This document shows positions 9,025-18,292 of a DNA stretch of 64,000 nt, in pieces. The DNA lies in assembly GCA_963756985.1 (NCBI GenBank), contig CAVWPV010000014.1, forward strand, positions 206 through 64,205. The letters are read 5' to 3'. Below the pieces are notes generated by a model that was not told where the DNA came from, searched no databases, and saw only the letters and a program-made list of their open reading frames with translations. This DNA is from an uncultured Solirubrobacteraceae bacterium. Its GTDB lineage: Bacteria; Actinomycetota; Thermoleophilia; Solirubrobacterales; Solirubrobacteraceae. The number at the start of each line of letters is the position of its first letter. The first letter of the stretch is position 1. The translations under genes and the position numbers were made by a program.

Positions 9025-11493
9025 CTAGCCGCCGGTGGGGCGGGTGGCGTATTTGCTGGGGGTGGTGGGGATGGTGGGTTCGGGGATTTGGCTGATTCGG
9101 TTGATCAGTTGGATCCATTGTTTGGGTTTGAGGATGCTGGTGATTTGTTGCGAGAGTTTTTTGTTTTGTCCGAAGATTGGGGTGTAGGTGATTTGGATGC
9201 GGTTGGCGTGGTCGGGTAGGGCGAGTGTGCTGGTTTGGCCTTTGTAGCTCATCAGGCTGATGATTTGGTTGGGGGCCATCGCGCCTTGGAGGGTGAGGAG
9301 TCGGCGGATCGTGATGTCGGTGATCGAGCCGGCGCCTTGGTGGCCGATGATCGGGATCCCGTTGATTTTTGAGATGTCCATGCTGGAGCCGGTCGCGCCG
9401 GCGGCGTCGACACCGTTTTGGCCGTTGGTGCTGTGCCCGCACTGGAGGCCTGAGATCGTGGGGTCAAGGCCTGAGGCGGACAGGAATTCGATCGCGGCGA
9501 GGATTCGGCGGTCGATCAGTCCGGCTTGGATGTCGCGTTGCCCGCATTGGTAGATCTGCACGCGCGGGTCGGAGAGGATCCGGTTGGTCAACTGCTGCTT
9601 GCTCATTAGTAGGACTTGGCCGGTTGACGGGTTTTTCGCGCCGGGGCCGTAGAACGGGTCTACTCCGGCGGCGCGGTACACGGCGGTCGCTTCCAAGAGT
9701 TTCCAGCCGTCCAATATCGGTTTCGGGTCGATCTGCGGGGCGTCTTTACCGGCCGGCTGGACCATGAACACGAGATGGCTCGCGGTGGTCGGTGAGGGCG
9801 CGGCGACGCGTCCGAGGATCGTGCCGGCGACCACGATCGCGCCCGCTTTGAGTGGCTTGAGCGTGTACTGGTTGCGGGCGAGATGCAGCACATCGGAGAA
9901 GTAGTTCTGAAAACTCGAGATCGCCGCCGCCTCGGATTTGATCTGCAGGTTCCCGCCGGCCGCGAACGACGCCGGCCTGGACGGGTCCGCGAACAACCGT
10001 TCCTTCGCGACCCCACCCGGCGCCGTCTGCTGACTGGTTTGCGGCAACGACACCCGCACCCGCTTCACGGGCTTGCCGGTCCCGGCCGGTTTGATCGTCG
10101 TTGACTGCAACACGGGCGCCTGCTGCACCCCCGCCGAGGCCGCGCCGGAGGGCCGCGCGGGCTTCACCGGACTGCTCGCGAGCTGCCGGGCGATCTGCGC
10201 CGCGGTCACCCTGACCGGCTTCGGCACCGGATACAGCCTCGGGATCGACCCGAGGTTCGCGTACGTGTACACGTTCCCCGTCGCGTCCTGCAACCGCAAA
10301 TAGTTCCCCAACTTCCGGGAATGCCCCAACGCGACGAGCTTCCCATCATTCACCGCAATCACCGGCGACCCCTGCCGCGCGAAAATGCTGGTGGCGGTCG
10401 CCGAACCGGAATCGATCGGGATCGCCGCGTTCTGACCTTTCACCCGCCGGCCCGCCAACCGCTCCACGCTGTCATCCGCATACGTCGCCCTCGCCGCGAC
10501 CGGGAACCGGCCCTCCACCAACCCCGACAACGCGCCAATCAGACTGTTCGGCATCCCGCCGATCAACTTCGCGCGCAACAACACCGACTGCACATACCAG
10601 CCCGCATGGTTATACGCAAAAATCGCTCTGGGCAGATTCTTGGCCGCGCCGGCCGCCTGCAAATACCGCGCCGCCGTGAAAATCGCGTCCACCGGGTTAT
10701 ACGGATCCGCGATCCCATCCCCATTCGCATCAACCCCCCACGAACGCCACGTCGACGGCAAAAACTGCATCCACCCAACCGCCCCCGCCGAAGACACCGA
10801 CAAATTCCGCCCATAATCAGACTCAATCTCATTAATCGCCGCCAACACCTGCCACGGCACGTCGTACTCAATCCCAGCCGCCTGATAAATCGGCAACAAA
10901 AACGGCGGAATCCGAAACGAATCAATAAAAAAGTTCGGAACACCCAACGGCGCCGCACCCGGCAACGCCAACGAAAACGACGGATTCGACGAAGACGGCA
11001 CACCACCCGACGAATGCAACTTCGTCGAGCGCGACTTGGACTGATGATGCTTGGTCGAGCTGTGCGTCGAGCCCTTGCCGTGGTGCTTGTGCCCGCTCCC
11101 GCTCTGATGCTTGGTCTTGCCGTGAGTCGATGACGGGTGCTGCTGGGAGCCCGGGCCTGACGGCGTCGGAGCCGTTGTGCTCGAGGTCGAGCTGGTCGAG
11201 CTCGACCTCGACGTGCTGCTGCTGCTGGTGGTGGTGGTCGTCGTCGATGTGCTCGTCGTGGTGGTCGTGGCCAGCTGGCAGACCTCCTGGACCCCCAGCA
11301 CCTTCAGCCCAGCCGGCACCAACGATGAAATCGGCGTCCCGACCGGTACGTTGAACACGAGCCCGCCGACGACCGTCACGCGCAGCACACAGCCTGAATC
11401 AGAAGCGCCGACGGCGGGCGACCAGAGCCCGAGCCCGGCCACGGTCAGGCCAGCGCTCACCAGCCCGACCAGATGCTTCCGACTCCTCAGCAC
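9025..11493 (-). CDS. Secreted lytic transglycosylase (SLT-like) with degenerate M23-like and C-terminal domains
   Basis: Signal peptide, Thr/Ser/His-rich linker, LAAINEIES (catalytic Glu), SSAGAVGWMQF, AIFAYNH; GGAGG SD upstream. Confidence 0.85.
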   Translation of the reverse strand: MLRSRKHLVGLVSAGLTVAGLGLWSPAVGASDSGCVLRVTVVGGLVFNVPVGTPISSLVPAGLKVLGVQEVCQLATTTTTSTSTTTTTTSSSSTSRSSSTSSTSSTTAPTPSGPGSQQHPSSTHGKTKHQSGSGHKHHGKGSTHSSTKHHQSKSRSTKLHSSGGVPSSSNPSFSLALPGAAPLGVPNFFIDSFRIPPFLLPIYQAAGIEYDVPWQVLAAINEIESDYGRNLSVSSAGAVGWMQFLPSTWRSWGVDANGDGIADPYNPVDAIFTAARYLQAAGAAKNLPRAIFAYNHAGWYVQSVLLRAKLIGGMPNSLIGALSGLVEGRFPVAARATYADDSVERLAGRRVKGQNAAIPIDSGSATATSIFARQGSPVIAVNDGKLVALGHSRKLGNYLRLQDATGNVYTYANLGSIPRLYPVPKPVRVTAAQIARQLASSPVKPARPSGAASAGVQQAPVLQSTTIKPAGTGKPVKRVRVSLPQTSQQTAPGGVAKERLFADPSRPASFAAGGNLQIKSEAAAISSFQNYFSDVLHLARNQYTLKPLKAGAIVVAGTILGRVAAPSPTTASHLVFMVQPAGKDAPQIDPKPILDGWKLLEATAVYRAAGVDPFYGPGAKNPSTGQVLLMSKQQLTNRILSDPRVQIYQCGQRDIQAGLIDRRILAAIEFLSASGLDPTISGLQCGHSTNGQNGVDAAGATGSSMDISKINGIPIIGHQGAGSITDITIRRLLTLQGAMAPNQIISLMSYKGQTSTLALPDHANRIQITYTPIFGQNKKLSQQITSILKPKQWIQLINRISQIPEPTIPTTPSKYATRPTGG

Positions 11494-11846
11494 TGTGGTC
11501 TATCTCCTCCCGCCAAATCGCGTGCTCATAGCTGCCGGCCGCGACCACTTAGCGGCGTCGCGCGGACGCTACTGGCTGGACATAGTGTTTGCAACGCCGA
11601 ACTGTTTCTGTGCAGGGTGATCGGGTCTCTCCTGATGCGAAGCCGGTTCAGCTGCGCTTCCGGATGCGTACACCACGACATCGGCCCGCTGCGCGCCTAA
11701 CTGTAGCCGCGCAGGGGGATGCCGGGACGTATACAAGGGCAATCGCAGCGCACCTGCTCGCAGCCAGGAGGCGAATTGAGCATCACTAACCCTCAGCTTT
11801 AGCCTGAGAGTATGCCCCTCGCCGGCCGCAGGGTATGGTGTGATTG

Positions 11847-12221
11847 ATGAGCGACGAAAAGGGATTGCGGGAACGCGTGGCCAAGCAGGGCGAGGAGACG
11901 ATCGGAAAGCTCGCGCAGGATCTGCTCGACCACCCGGTGGTGAGCGGCGCGCTCTCGGCCGCGTTCGAGACGCGCGAGCGCGCGATGCGGGCCCAGGAGG
12001 CCGCGATGGGAGCGCTCAACCTCCCGTCGGCGAGCGACCTCGAGCGACTGACTCGGCGCCTGCGCGGCGTATCGCAGCGTCTCGAGGGAATCGAGGACGG
12101 CCTCGACCGGGTCGAGCAGCGGATCGAGACGATCGGTAACTCGAAGACAATCGAGGAGCGGCTCGCAGCGATCGAGGCCGCGATCGAGCGGCTCGAGGCG
12201 TCGCTGACCAAGATGTCCTGA
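11847..12221 (+). CDS. Coiled-coil hypothetical protein (phasin/PHA granule-associated-like)
   Basis: ALNLPSASDLERLTRRL pattern followed by heptad repeats. Confidence 0.55.
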   Translation: MSDEKGLRERVAKQGEETIGKLAQDLLDHPVVSGALSAAFETRERAMRAQEAAMGALNLPSASDLERLTRRLRGVSQRLEGIEDGLDRVEQRIETIGNSKTIEERLAAIEAAIERLEASLTKMS

Positions 12222-12911
12222 TCAGCGCAAGGCCGTCGCAGCCGTCTCGCCCATCCGCCTCTCGGCTTCGGCCAACGCGTCCGGGCCGATCCGTGCCGGC
12301 TCCGGCAGCAGCATGTCGGAGACCGCGAGCAGCGACGCGGCGGCGACCCCGCGGCGCGCCGCCAGCGCGAACAGCGTCGCAGTTTCCATCTCTACCGCGA
12401 GCGCACCACGCTCACGCCAGCGCAACTCCCGATCCTCTGGGCCGTCGTAGAACAGGTCGGATGAGACCACGGGTCCCGCGACCGCACGCTCGCCAGCGGC
12501 TTGCACCAGGGCCTGCACGAGCTCGGCCGATCCTGCGATCGACCCGCCCGCGCCGAGCGCGCGGCTCGTTCCATCCTCAGCGAGCGCCTCCGTGGCAACC
12601 ACGAGATCGCCGAACGCGAGCGATGGCGCGACCGCCCCGCAGGTTCCAACCCGGATGAACCTTCGGGCGCCGAGCTCGCACAGCTCAGCGATCACGATCG
12701 CAGCGCTCGGGCCGCCCATCCCGGTGCTCTGGATCGTCAACAGGGCGCCGTCCGCGGCGGACCCCGTGTAGCCCCACAAGCCCCGGTTGTGGTTGAACAT
12801 CCTCGGCTCTTCCAGCAGCATCTGGGCGAGCGAGAGCGCGCGTCCAGGATCGCCCGGCAGCAGCACGCGCTCGGCGAGATCCGCGGTTGGCTGGATGTGG
12901 ATTGTCGCGAT
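12222..12911 (-). CDS. deoD: Purine nucleoside phosphorylase (DeoD-type); start codon uncertain (ATC 12911 or GTG 12866)
   Basis: IHIQPT..AERVLLPGDPGRA, STGMGGPSAAI, IRVGTCG, SSDLFY, AVEME. Confidence 0.85.
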   Translation of the reverse strand: MATIHIQPTADLAERVLLPGDPGRALSLAQMLLEEPRMFNHNRGLWGYTGSAADGALLTIQSTGMGGPSAAIVIAELCELGARRFIRVGTCGAVAPSLAFGDLVVATEALAEDGTSRALGAGGSIAGSAELVQALVQAAGERAVAGPVVSSDLFYDGPEDRELRWRERGALAVEMETATLFALAARRGVAAASLLAVSDMLLPEPARIGPDALAEAERRMGETAATALR

Positions 12912-12950
12912 ACGGGCTTGTTATCAGCCCGCGGCTAGACTGCGCCCGCA

Positions 12951-13400
12951 ATGCACGCCGCCTCGAGCGACCGCGATTCGCCCGGCGCGTTCAAATCCGT
13001 CGCCGAGTTTCGCGAGGTGATGGACAAGACGTTCACGTTGATGAGCGACGACCCGGACATGGGGCCGCGCCTGCGTGACGCCGACGCGCCACAGCGGTTC
13101 GAGTTCCCCGACGTCGATCTGGTCGTCAACATCCGCGCCGGCAGTGCGGAGGAGCCGAACCTTGCGTGGGAGTGGTCCGATGAGGTTTCGTGGGAGCCGA
13201 AGGTCCGGATGACGATGAGCTCCGAGACTGCCAACCGGTACTTCCAGGGCAAGGAGAACGTCGCGATCGCGATCGCGCGACGCCGGATCAAGGCCGGCGG
13301 CGACGTCAAGGCGGCGCTGGCGATCCTGCCGATCACGAAGCCCGTGTTCGCGCACTACCGCGCGATGATCGAAGCGGACTACCCGCATTTAGAGGTCTAA
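12951..13400 (+). CDS. SCP2 sterol/lipid-binding domain protein
   Basis: MSSETANRYFQGKENVAIAIARRRIKAGGD resembles the SCP2 C-terminal pattern. Confidence 0.65.
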   Translation: MHAASSDRDSPGAFKSVAEFREVMDKTFTLMSDDPDMGPRLRDADAPQRFEFPDVDLVVNIRAGSAEEPNLAWEWSDEVSWEPKVRMTMSSETANRYFQGKENVAIAIARRRIKAGGDVKAALAILPITKPVFAHYRAMIEADYPHLEV

Positions 13401-13424
13401 ATGCGACGGTTTGCACCGCGCGCA

Positions 13425-13453
13425 TTGACAGCGGAGCGCGGGGCGAGTAGACC
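13425..13453 (+). promoter_or_regulatory. Sigma70-type promoter TTGACA-N17-TAGACC
   Basis: Consensus -35, 17-bp spacer, near-consensus -10, about 180 bp upstream of the cyclase ATG. Confidence 0.6.
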
Positions 13454-13630
13454 TACACCCTCGTACAAGGCAACAGGCCGGATCGTGTGCGACGTGCCGG
13501 AAAACTCCCGGCACGCGAGCGCGAGGCGCCGCCGGAAACGTGACGAGCGCCGACGGCCGACGCAGCGGGCCGTAACGCCCGCGGGCGGCGGGGCCCCACC
13601 CGGGTCCCGCCGCTGCAACTTTCAGAGCTG

Positions 13631-14806
13631 ATGAATCTGACGCAGGCGGCGGCACGGGTCGGGGTGGCGCCGGCGACGCTTCGGCGCTGGGCGCGGGAGG
13701 GCCTGATCCCGCAGTACGACGGCGACTGGAGTGCTGCCGCGATCGGGCACGCGCGGATAGTGCAGCGGATGCGCGAGCGCGGGCACTCCGTCGAGGAGAT
13801 CGCGCGCGCGACGGAGGAGGGGCGGCTCGCGTTCGGCTATGTCGAGGAGCTGTTCCCGACCGACGGCCGCGTCTACACGTTGAAGGAGGCGGCGGGCGAC
13901 ACCGGGCTCGAGTCGGCGCTGATCGTGCGGATCATGCTTGCGCTCGGGGTAAGCGTCGCGCAGACCGACGCGCTGAGCGACGAGGACCTCCAGCTGCTGC
14001 GCTACATCGCGACGGTGCTCGACGCAGGGCTGCCGCTCGTCGCCATGCTCCAGCTCGTGCGGGTGTACGGGCAGGCGATGGCGACGGTCGCGGACGCCGA
14101 GGTGCGCCTCTTTCACCTGTACGTGCACGAGCCGTTGATGCGCTCGGGCGCCACTGGGCTGCAGATGGCGGAGGAGATGGGAGAGCTCGCGCGCGAGCTG
14201 TTGCCGCTCGCATCGCCCGTGATGGATCAGGTTCACCAGCGGTATCTCCAGCACTTCGTCGAGCAGGACGTGGTCGGCCACATGGAGGTCGATCTCGACG
14301 GTGCCGCCTCGGAGCTCGGGCGAGTGCGGGTCGCGGTCGCGTTCGCCGACCTCGCCGGCTACACACGGCTGACCGAGGAGGAAGGGGAGTTGCAGGCGGT
14401 TGACGCGGTCGAACGATTCGTCGAAGACGTCGAGGTGACGCTGCCCGACGAGGCGCGTGTGATCAAGACGATCGGCGACGGCGTGATGATCGTCGGGGTC
14501 GATCCGGCGACGCTGACGGACTGGGCGGTTGGCTTTCAGCGCTTGCACGACGAACGTCCGCTGCCGCGGATCGGGATCCACTACGGCGCGGCGCTGTACC
14601 GCGATGGTGACTACTACGGCCGCGACGTCAACATCGCTTCGCGGGTCGCCGCGCGTTCCGCCGGCGGGGAGGTGCTGGTCACGCGGTCGGTCGTCGAGCA
14701 CGCCGGCACGCACCTGGAGTTCGAGCTGATCGGCCAGGTGAAGCTGAAGGGGTTCTCCGAGGCGACCGAGATCTTCATCGCGAGGCTGCCGGAGAACGTT
14801 GAGTGA
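13631..14806 (+). CDS. Class III adenylate cyclase with N-terminal MerR-type HTH and regulatory domain
   Basis: LTQAAARVGVAPATLRRWAREGLI (HTH); FADLAGYT, KTIGDG, GDYYGRDVNIASR catalytic motifs. Confidence 0.9.
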   Translation: MNLTQAAARVGVAPATLRRWAREGLIPQYDGDWSAAAIGHARIVQRMRERGHSVEEIARATEEGRLAFGYVEELFPTDGRVYTLKEAAGDTGLESALIVRIMLALGVSVAQTDALSDEDLQLLRYIATVLDAGLPLVAMLQLVRVYGQAMATVADAEVRLFHLYVHEPLMRSGATGLQMAEEMGELARELLPLASPVMDQVHQRYLQHFVEQDVVGHMEVDLDGAASELGRVRVAVAFADLAGYTRLTEEEGELQAVDAVERFVEDVEVTLPDEARVIKTIGDGVMIVGVDPATLTDWAVGFQRLHDERPLPRIGIHYGAALYRDGDYYGRDVNIASRVAARSAGGEVLVTRSVVEHAGTHLEFELIGQVKLKGFSEATEIFIARLPENVE

Positions 14807-15711
14807 TGCTCGAGCAGGTCCGGAACGAGGGGCTGCTTTCCGAGGGCCGCATGGTCCTGGTGATGTATTCGGGCGGGCGTGACTCGACCTGCTTGCTCGA
14901 TCTCGCCCTGCGGGTCACCGGCGCGGCGGCGGTCCGCGCGCTGCACGTCAACTACGGGCTCCGGGACGAGGCCGATGCCGATGAGCGCCACTGCCGGCAC
15001 GCATGCGAACGCCTCGGAGTCGAGCTGACGGTCGAGCGGCCAGGTCGTCCAGGGTCCGGCAATCTTCAGGCGTGGGCGCGGGAGGCCCGTTACCGCGCCG
15101 CCGCCGCGCTCGCCGGCCCGCAGGCCGACGTGGCGACCGGGCATACGGCGACGGACCAGGTGGAGACGATTCTTTACCGGCTCGCGTCGTCGCCCAGCCG
15201 GCGCGCGCTGCTGGGGATGAATCCGCGTGACGGCGCCGTGGTCCGGCCGCTGCTCTCGTTCACGCGCGCGGAGACCGCCCAGTACTGCCGGGAGCGGGGG
15301 CTCGAGTGGCGCGAGGACGCCACCAACGATTCGCACGCGTACGCGCGCGGGCGGGTCCGCAACGTGCTCGTGCCGGCATTGGAGAGAGCACACCCCGCGG
15401 CGGCTCAGAACGTGCTCGCGGTCGCGAACGTCCTCCGCGACGAGGCCGCGGTCCTCGACGAGCTGGTCGCCCAGGTGCTCGAGGGGTGTGAGGAGATCAA
15501 GCTCGCGCGCCTGCGCGAGCTTCCGCCCGCGCTCCGGCGACTCGTCGTCCAGCGGCTCGCGGACACCGCTGCGGGCGGCCTCGCGCCGGGCGCGGCCCGC
15601 CGCGCCGATGAGATCGCGGCTTTGAACAACGGCAACGCGCTCGACATCGGGTCGGGCCTGCGGGCGGTCGTCGCGCACCGGATCGTGCGGTTCGAGAAAC
15701 TGGAGCGATGA
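14806..15711 (+). CDS. tilS: tRNA(Ile)-lysidine synthetase
   Basis: PP-loop SGGRDS, HVNYGLR, TGHTATDQVET, RPLL; upstream of hpt-ftsH. Confidence 0.93.
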   Translation: MLEQVRNEGLLSEGRMVLVMYSGGRDSTCLLDLALRVTGAAAVRALHVNYGLRDEADADERHCRHACERLGVELTVERPGRPGSGNLQAWAREARYRAAAALAGPQADVATGHTATDQVETILYRLASSPSRRALLGMNPRDGAVVRPLLSFTRAETAQYCRERGLEWREDATNDSHAYARGRVRNVLVPALERAHPAAAQNVLAVANVLRDEAAVLDELVAQVLEGCEEIKLARLRELPPALRRLVVQRLADTAAGGLAPGAARRADEIAALNNGNALDIGSGLRAVVAHRIVRFEKLER

Positions 15712-16241
15712 CTGACGCCGACGACGCGATCGGGGAGACCCTCGTGCCCGCCGCGGATCTGGAGCGCCGCGTCAAGGAGCTGGCGGCCGAGATCTCTCGG
15801 GACTACACGGGCAAGGACCTGCTGTTGATCGGGGTGCTCAAGGGCGCTGTGTTCTTCCTCTCCGACCTGATGCGAGCGCTCACGATCCCCGCCGAGGTCG
15901 ACTTCATGGCGGTCGCGTCGTATGGCTCGGCGACGAAATCAAGCGGCGTTGTTCGGATCCTCAAGGACCTCGACGCGGTGATCGAGGATCGCGACGTTCT
16001 GATCGTCGAGGACATCGTCGATTCCGGCCTGACACTCCAGTACATGCTCCGGAATCTCGCCGGCCGCAACCCCCGCTCGCTCGAGGTGTGCGCGTTTCTA
16101 ATCAAGCCAGAACGGAGAAAAGTCGATCTAGAGACTCGGTACGTCGGGTTCGAGATTCCGAACCGATTCGCGATCGGGTACGGACTTGACCACGCCGAGC
16201 GCTACCGCAACTTGCCGTACGTAGCGGCGCTGAACGAGTGA
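15708..16241 (+). CDS. hpt: Hypoxanthine phosphoribosyltransferase
   Basis: GVLKGA, VLIVEDIVDSGLTL, GYGLD, YRNLP. Confidence 0.97.
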   Translation: MTDADDAIGETLVPAADLERRVKELAAEISRDYTGKDLLLIGVLKGAVFFLSDLMRALTIPAEVDFMAVASYGSATKSSGVVRILKDLDAVIEDRDVLIVEDIVDSGLTLQYMLRNLAGRNPRSLEVCAFLIKPERRKVDLETRYVGFEIPNRFAIGYGLDHAERYRNLPYVAALNE

Positions 16242-16338
16242 GCTGGCCAATGCAAGGCGGATATCAGGCCCAAACACAGGTGCTACGCTTGCCCATTGAC
16301 CGGTTTTTACCACCGCTTCCGAAGCGTGAAATAGCCCG

Positions 16339-18288
16339 ATGAGCAGGTTTTTCAAGAGCGCCGCATTCCCGATTCTGATCGTGATCGTGCTGGCGTTCTT
16401 CGCCCAGAAGCTGATCGGGTCGACGAGCAAGACGCCGACGCCGACGTTCGCGCAGATGCTCTACGACCTGAAGACCAACCAGGTCAGAACGCTGCAGCTG
16501 GACCAGAAGGACAACAGCGCGACGTTCACGCTCAACCAGAGCCCGAACACCAAGTACACGGTCGGCTATCCGGACAACTACGTCACGACGCTGATCAACG
16601 AGGGCTATGCGAGCGTCCCGAAGGCCGGATTCGACGTCCAAAGCAAGTCGAGCAACGGCTGGCTGTCGCTGCTGACCTACATCCTCCCGTTCATCATCTT
16701 CATCGGCTTCTGGATATTCCTGATGAATCAGGTCCAGGGCGGCGGCTCGAAGGTGATGTCGTTCGGCAAGTCGCGCGCCAAGCGCATGTCGGTCGACTCG
16801 CCGAAGATCACGTTCCGTGACGTCGCGGGGGTCGACGAAGCCGTCGAGGAGCTCCACGAGATCAAGGAGTTCCTCGAGAACCCGAAGAAATTCCAGGCGT
16901 TAGGCGCGCGGATCCCGAAGGGCGTGCTGCTGTACGGCCCACCGGGCACCGGTAAGACGCTGCTCGCGCGCGCGGTGGCGGGCGAGGCCGGCGTGCCGTT
17001 CTTCAGCATCAGCGGCTCCGACTTCGTCGAGATGTTCGTCGGCGTCGGTGCCTCGCGCGTCCGCGACCTCTTCGAGCAGGCAAAGCAGAACAGCCCCTGC
17101 ATCATCTTCATGGACGAGATCGACGCCGTCGGTCGTCACCGCGGCGCCGGCCTCGGCGGCGGCCACGACGAGCGCGAGCAGACGCTCAACCAGCTGCTCG
17201 TCGAGATGGACGGGTTCGAGATGAAGGACAACATCATCTTGATCGCGGCGACCAACCGCCCCGACATCCTCGACCCGGCGTTGCTCCGTCCTGGGCGTTT
17301 CGACCGGCAGATCGTGGTCGACCGACCCGACCGCATGGGCCGCAAGAAGATCCTCGAGGTCCACACGCGCGGCAAGCCGCTCGCGCGTGAGATCGACGTC
17401 GACGCCCTCGCCGGCCAGACGCCGGGCTTCACCGGCGCGGATCTGAGCAACCTCGTCAACGAGGCGGCGCTGCTCGCGGCCCGCAATGGCAAGCGCGAGA
17501 TCACCCAGATCGAGCTCGAGGAAGGGATCATGCGCGTGATCGCCGGCCCGGAGAAGAAGACCCGGGTGATGAGCGGCAAGGAGCGGAAGATCACCGCGTA
17601 TCACGAGATGGGCCACGCGATCGTCGGCCACTACCTGCCGAACTCCGATCCGATCCACAAGATCTCCGTCATCTCCCGCGGACAGGCGCTCGGGTACACG
17701 ATCAGCCTTCCCGGTGAGGACAAGTTCCTGACCACGCGCGCGGAATTGCTCGACACGATGGCGATGACGCTCGGTGGCCGCGCCGCCGAGGAGATCGTCT
17801 TCCAAGAGATCACGACCGGCGCATCGAACGACCTCGAGAAGGTGACGGCGACCGCGAAGCAGATGGTGATGCGGTTCGGGATGTCCGAGAAGCTCGGCCC
17901 GCGCGTATTCGGTCACGACCACGGGATGCCGTTCCTGGGCCGCGAGTTCAGCGCCGAGCCCGACTACTCGGACGAGATCGCCCGCGAGATCGATGACGAG
18001 ATCCGGCGGATCGTCGAGTCCGCGCATGTGCAGGCTCGCACGATCCTGACCGATCGCAAGGAGTCGCTCGAGAAGCTCTCAGAGATCCTGATCAAGCGCG
18101 AGACGATCGAGAAGGAGCAGTTCGAGGCCCTGTTGGGCGGCGCGACCGAGGAGGACGTGTTCGGGTCCGCCGCGCCCGTCCCGCCGGAGCTGCCCGCCGC
18201 GCCGCCCGCGCCCGAGCGCGCAGGCCGCCCGCAAGAAGCACCGCGCCCGCTGCCTCGGCCCGGGCTCGCCGGCGGCACCGCCGACTGA
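16339..18288 (+). CDS. ftsH: ATP-dependent zinc metalloprotease FtsH
   Basis: 2 [35 protein letters not shown]. Confidence 0.98.
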   Translation: MSRFFKSAAFPILIVIVLAFFAQKLIGSTSKTPTPTFAQMLYDLKTNQVRTLQLDQKDNSATFTLNQSPNTKYTVGYPDNYVTTLINEGYASVPKAGFDVQSKSSNGWLSLLTYILPFIIFIGFWIFLMNQVQGGGSKVMSFGKSRAKRMSVDSPKITFRDVAGVDEAVEELHEIKEFLENPKKFQALGARIPKGVLLYGPPGTGKTLLARAVAGEAGVPFFSISGSDFVEMFVGVGASRVRDLFEQAKQNSPCIIFMDEIDAVGRHRGAGLGGGHDEREQTLNQLLVEMDGFEMKDNIILIAATNRPDILDPALLRPGRFDRQIVVDRPDRMGRKKILEVHTRGKPLAREIDVDALAGQTPGFTGADLSNLVNEAALLAARNGKREITQIELEEGIMRVIAGPEKKTRVMSGKERKITAYHEMGHAIVGHYLPNSDPIHKISVISRGQALGYTISLPGEDKFLTTRAELLDTMAMTLGGRAAEEIVFQEITTGASNDLEKVTATAKQMVMRFGMSEKLGPRVFGHDHGMPFLGREFSAEPDYSDEIAREIDDEIRRIVESAHVQARTILTDRKESLEKLSEILIKRETIEKEQFEALLGGATEEDVFGSAAPVPPELPAAPPAPERAGRPQEAPRPLPRPGLAGGTAD

Positions 18289-18292
18289 CCGA

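Noticed and set aside
11170-11275. Low-complexity GTG/GTC/GCT run as a tandem repeat or CRISPR-like array
   Set aside because: It encodes the Thr/Ser linker of the secreted protein; there are no fixed repeat-spacer units
11494-11790. c-di-AMP (ydaO) or c-di-GMP riboswitch in the long leader of the transglycosylase gene
   Set aside because: Plausible given disA, but I could not find the conserved GAATC / GGGGTGAAT / GTCAGCTAAC elements on the minus strand; needs an Infernal/Rfam search
13631-14806. Pycsar/CBASS-type anti-phage cyclase system
   Set aside because: Residues indicate ATP specificity, there is no adjacent cyclic-nucleotide effector, and the context is housekeeping
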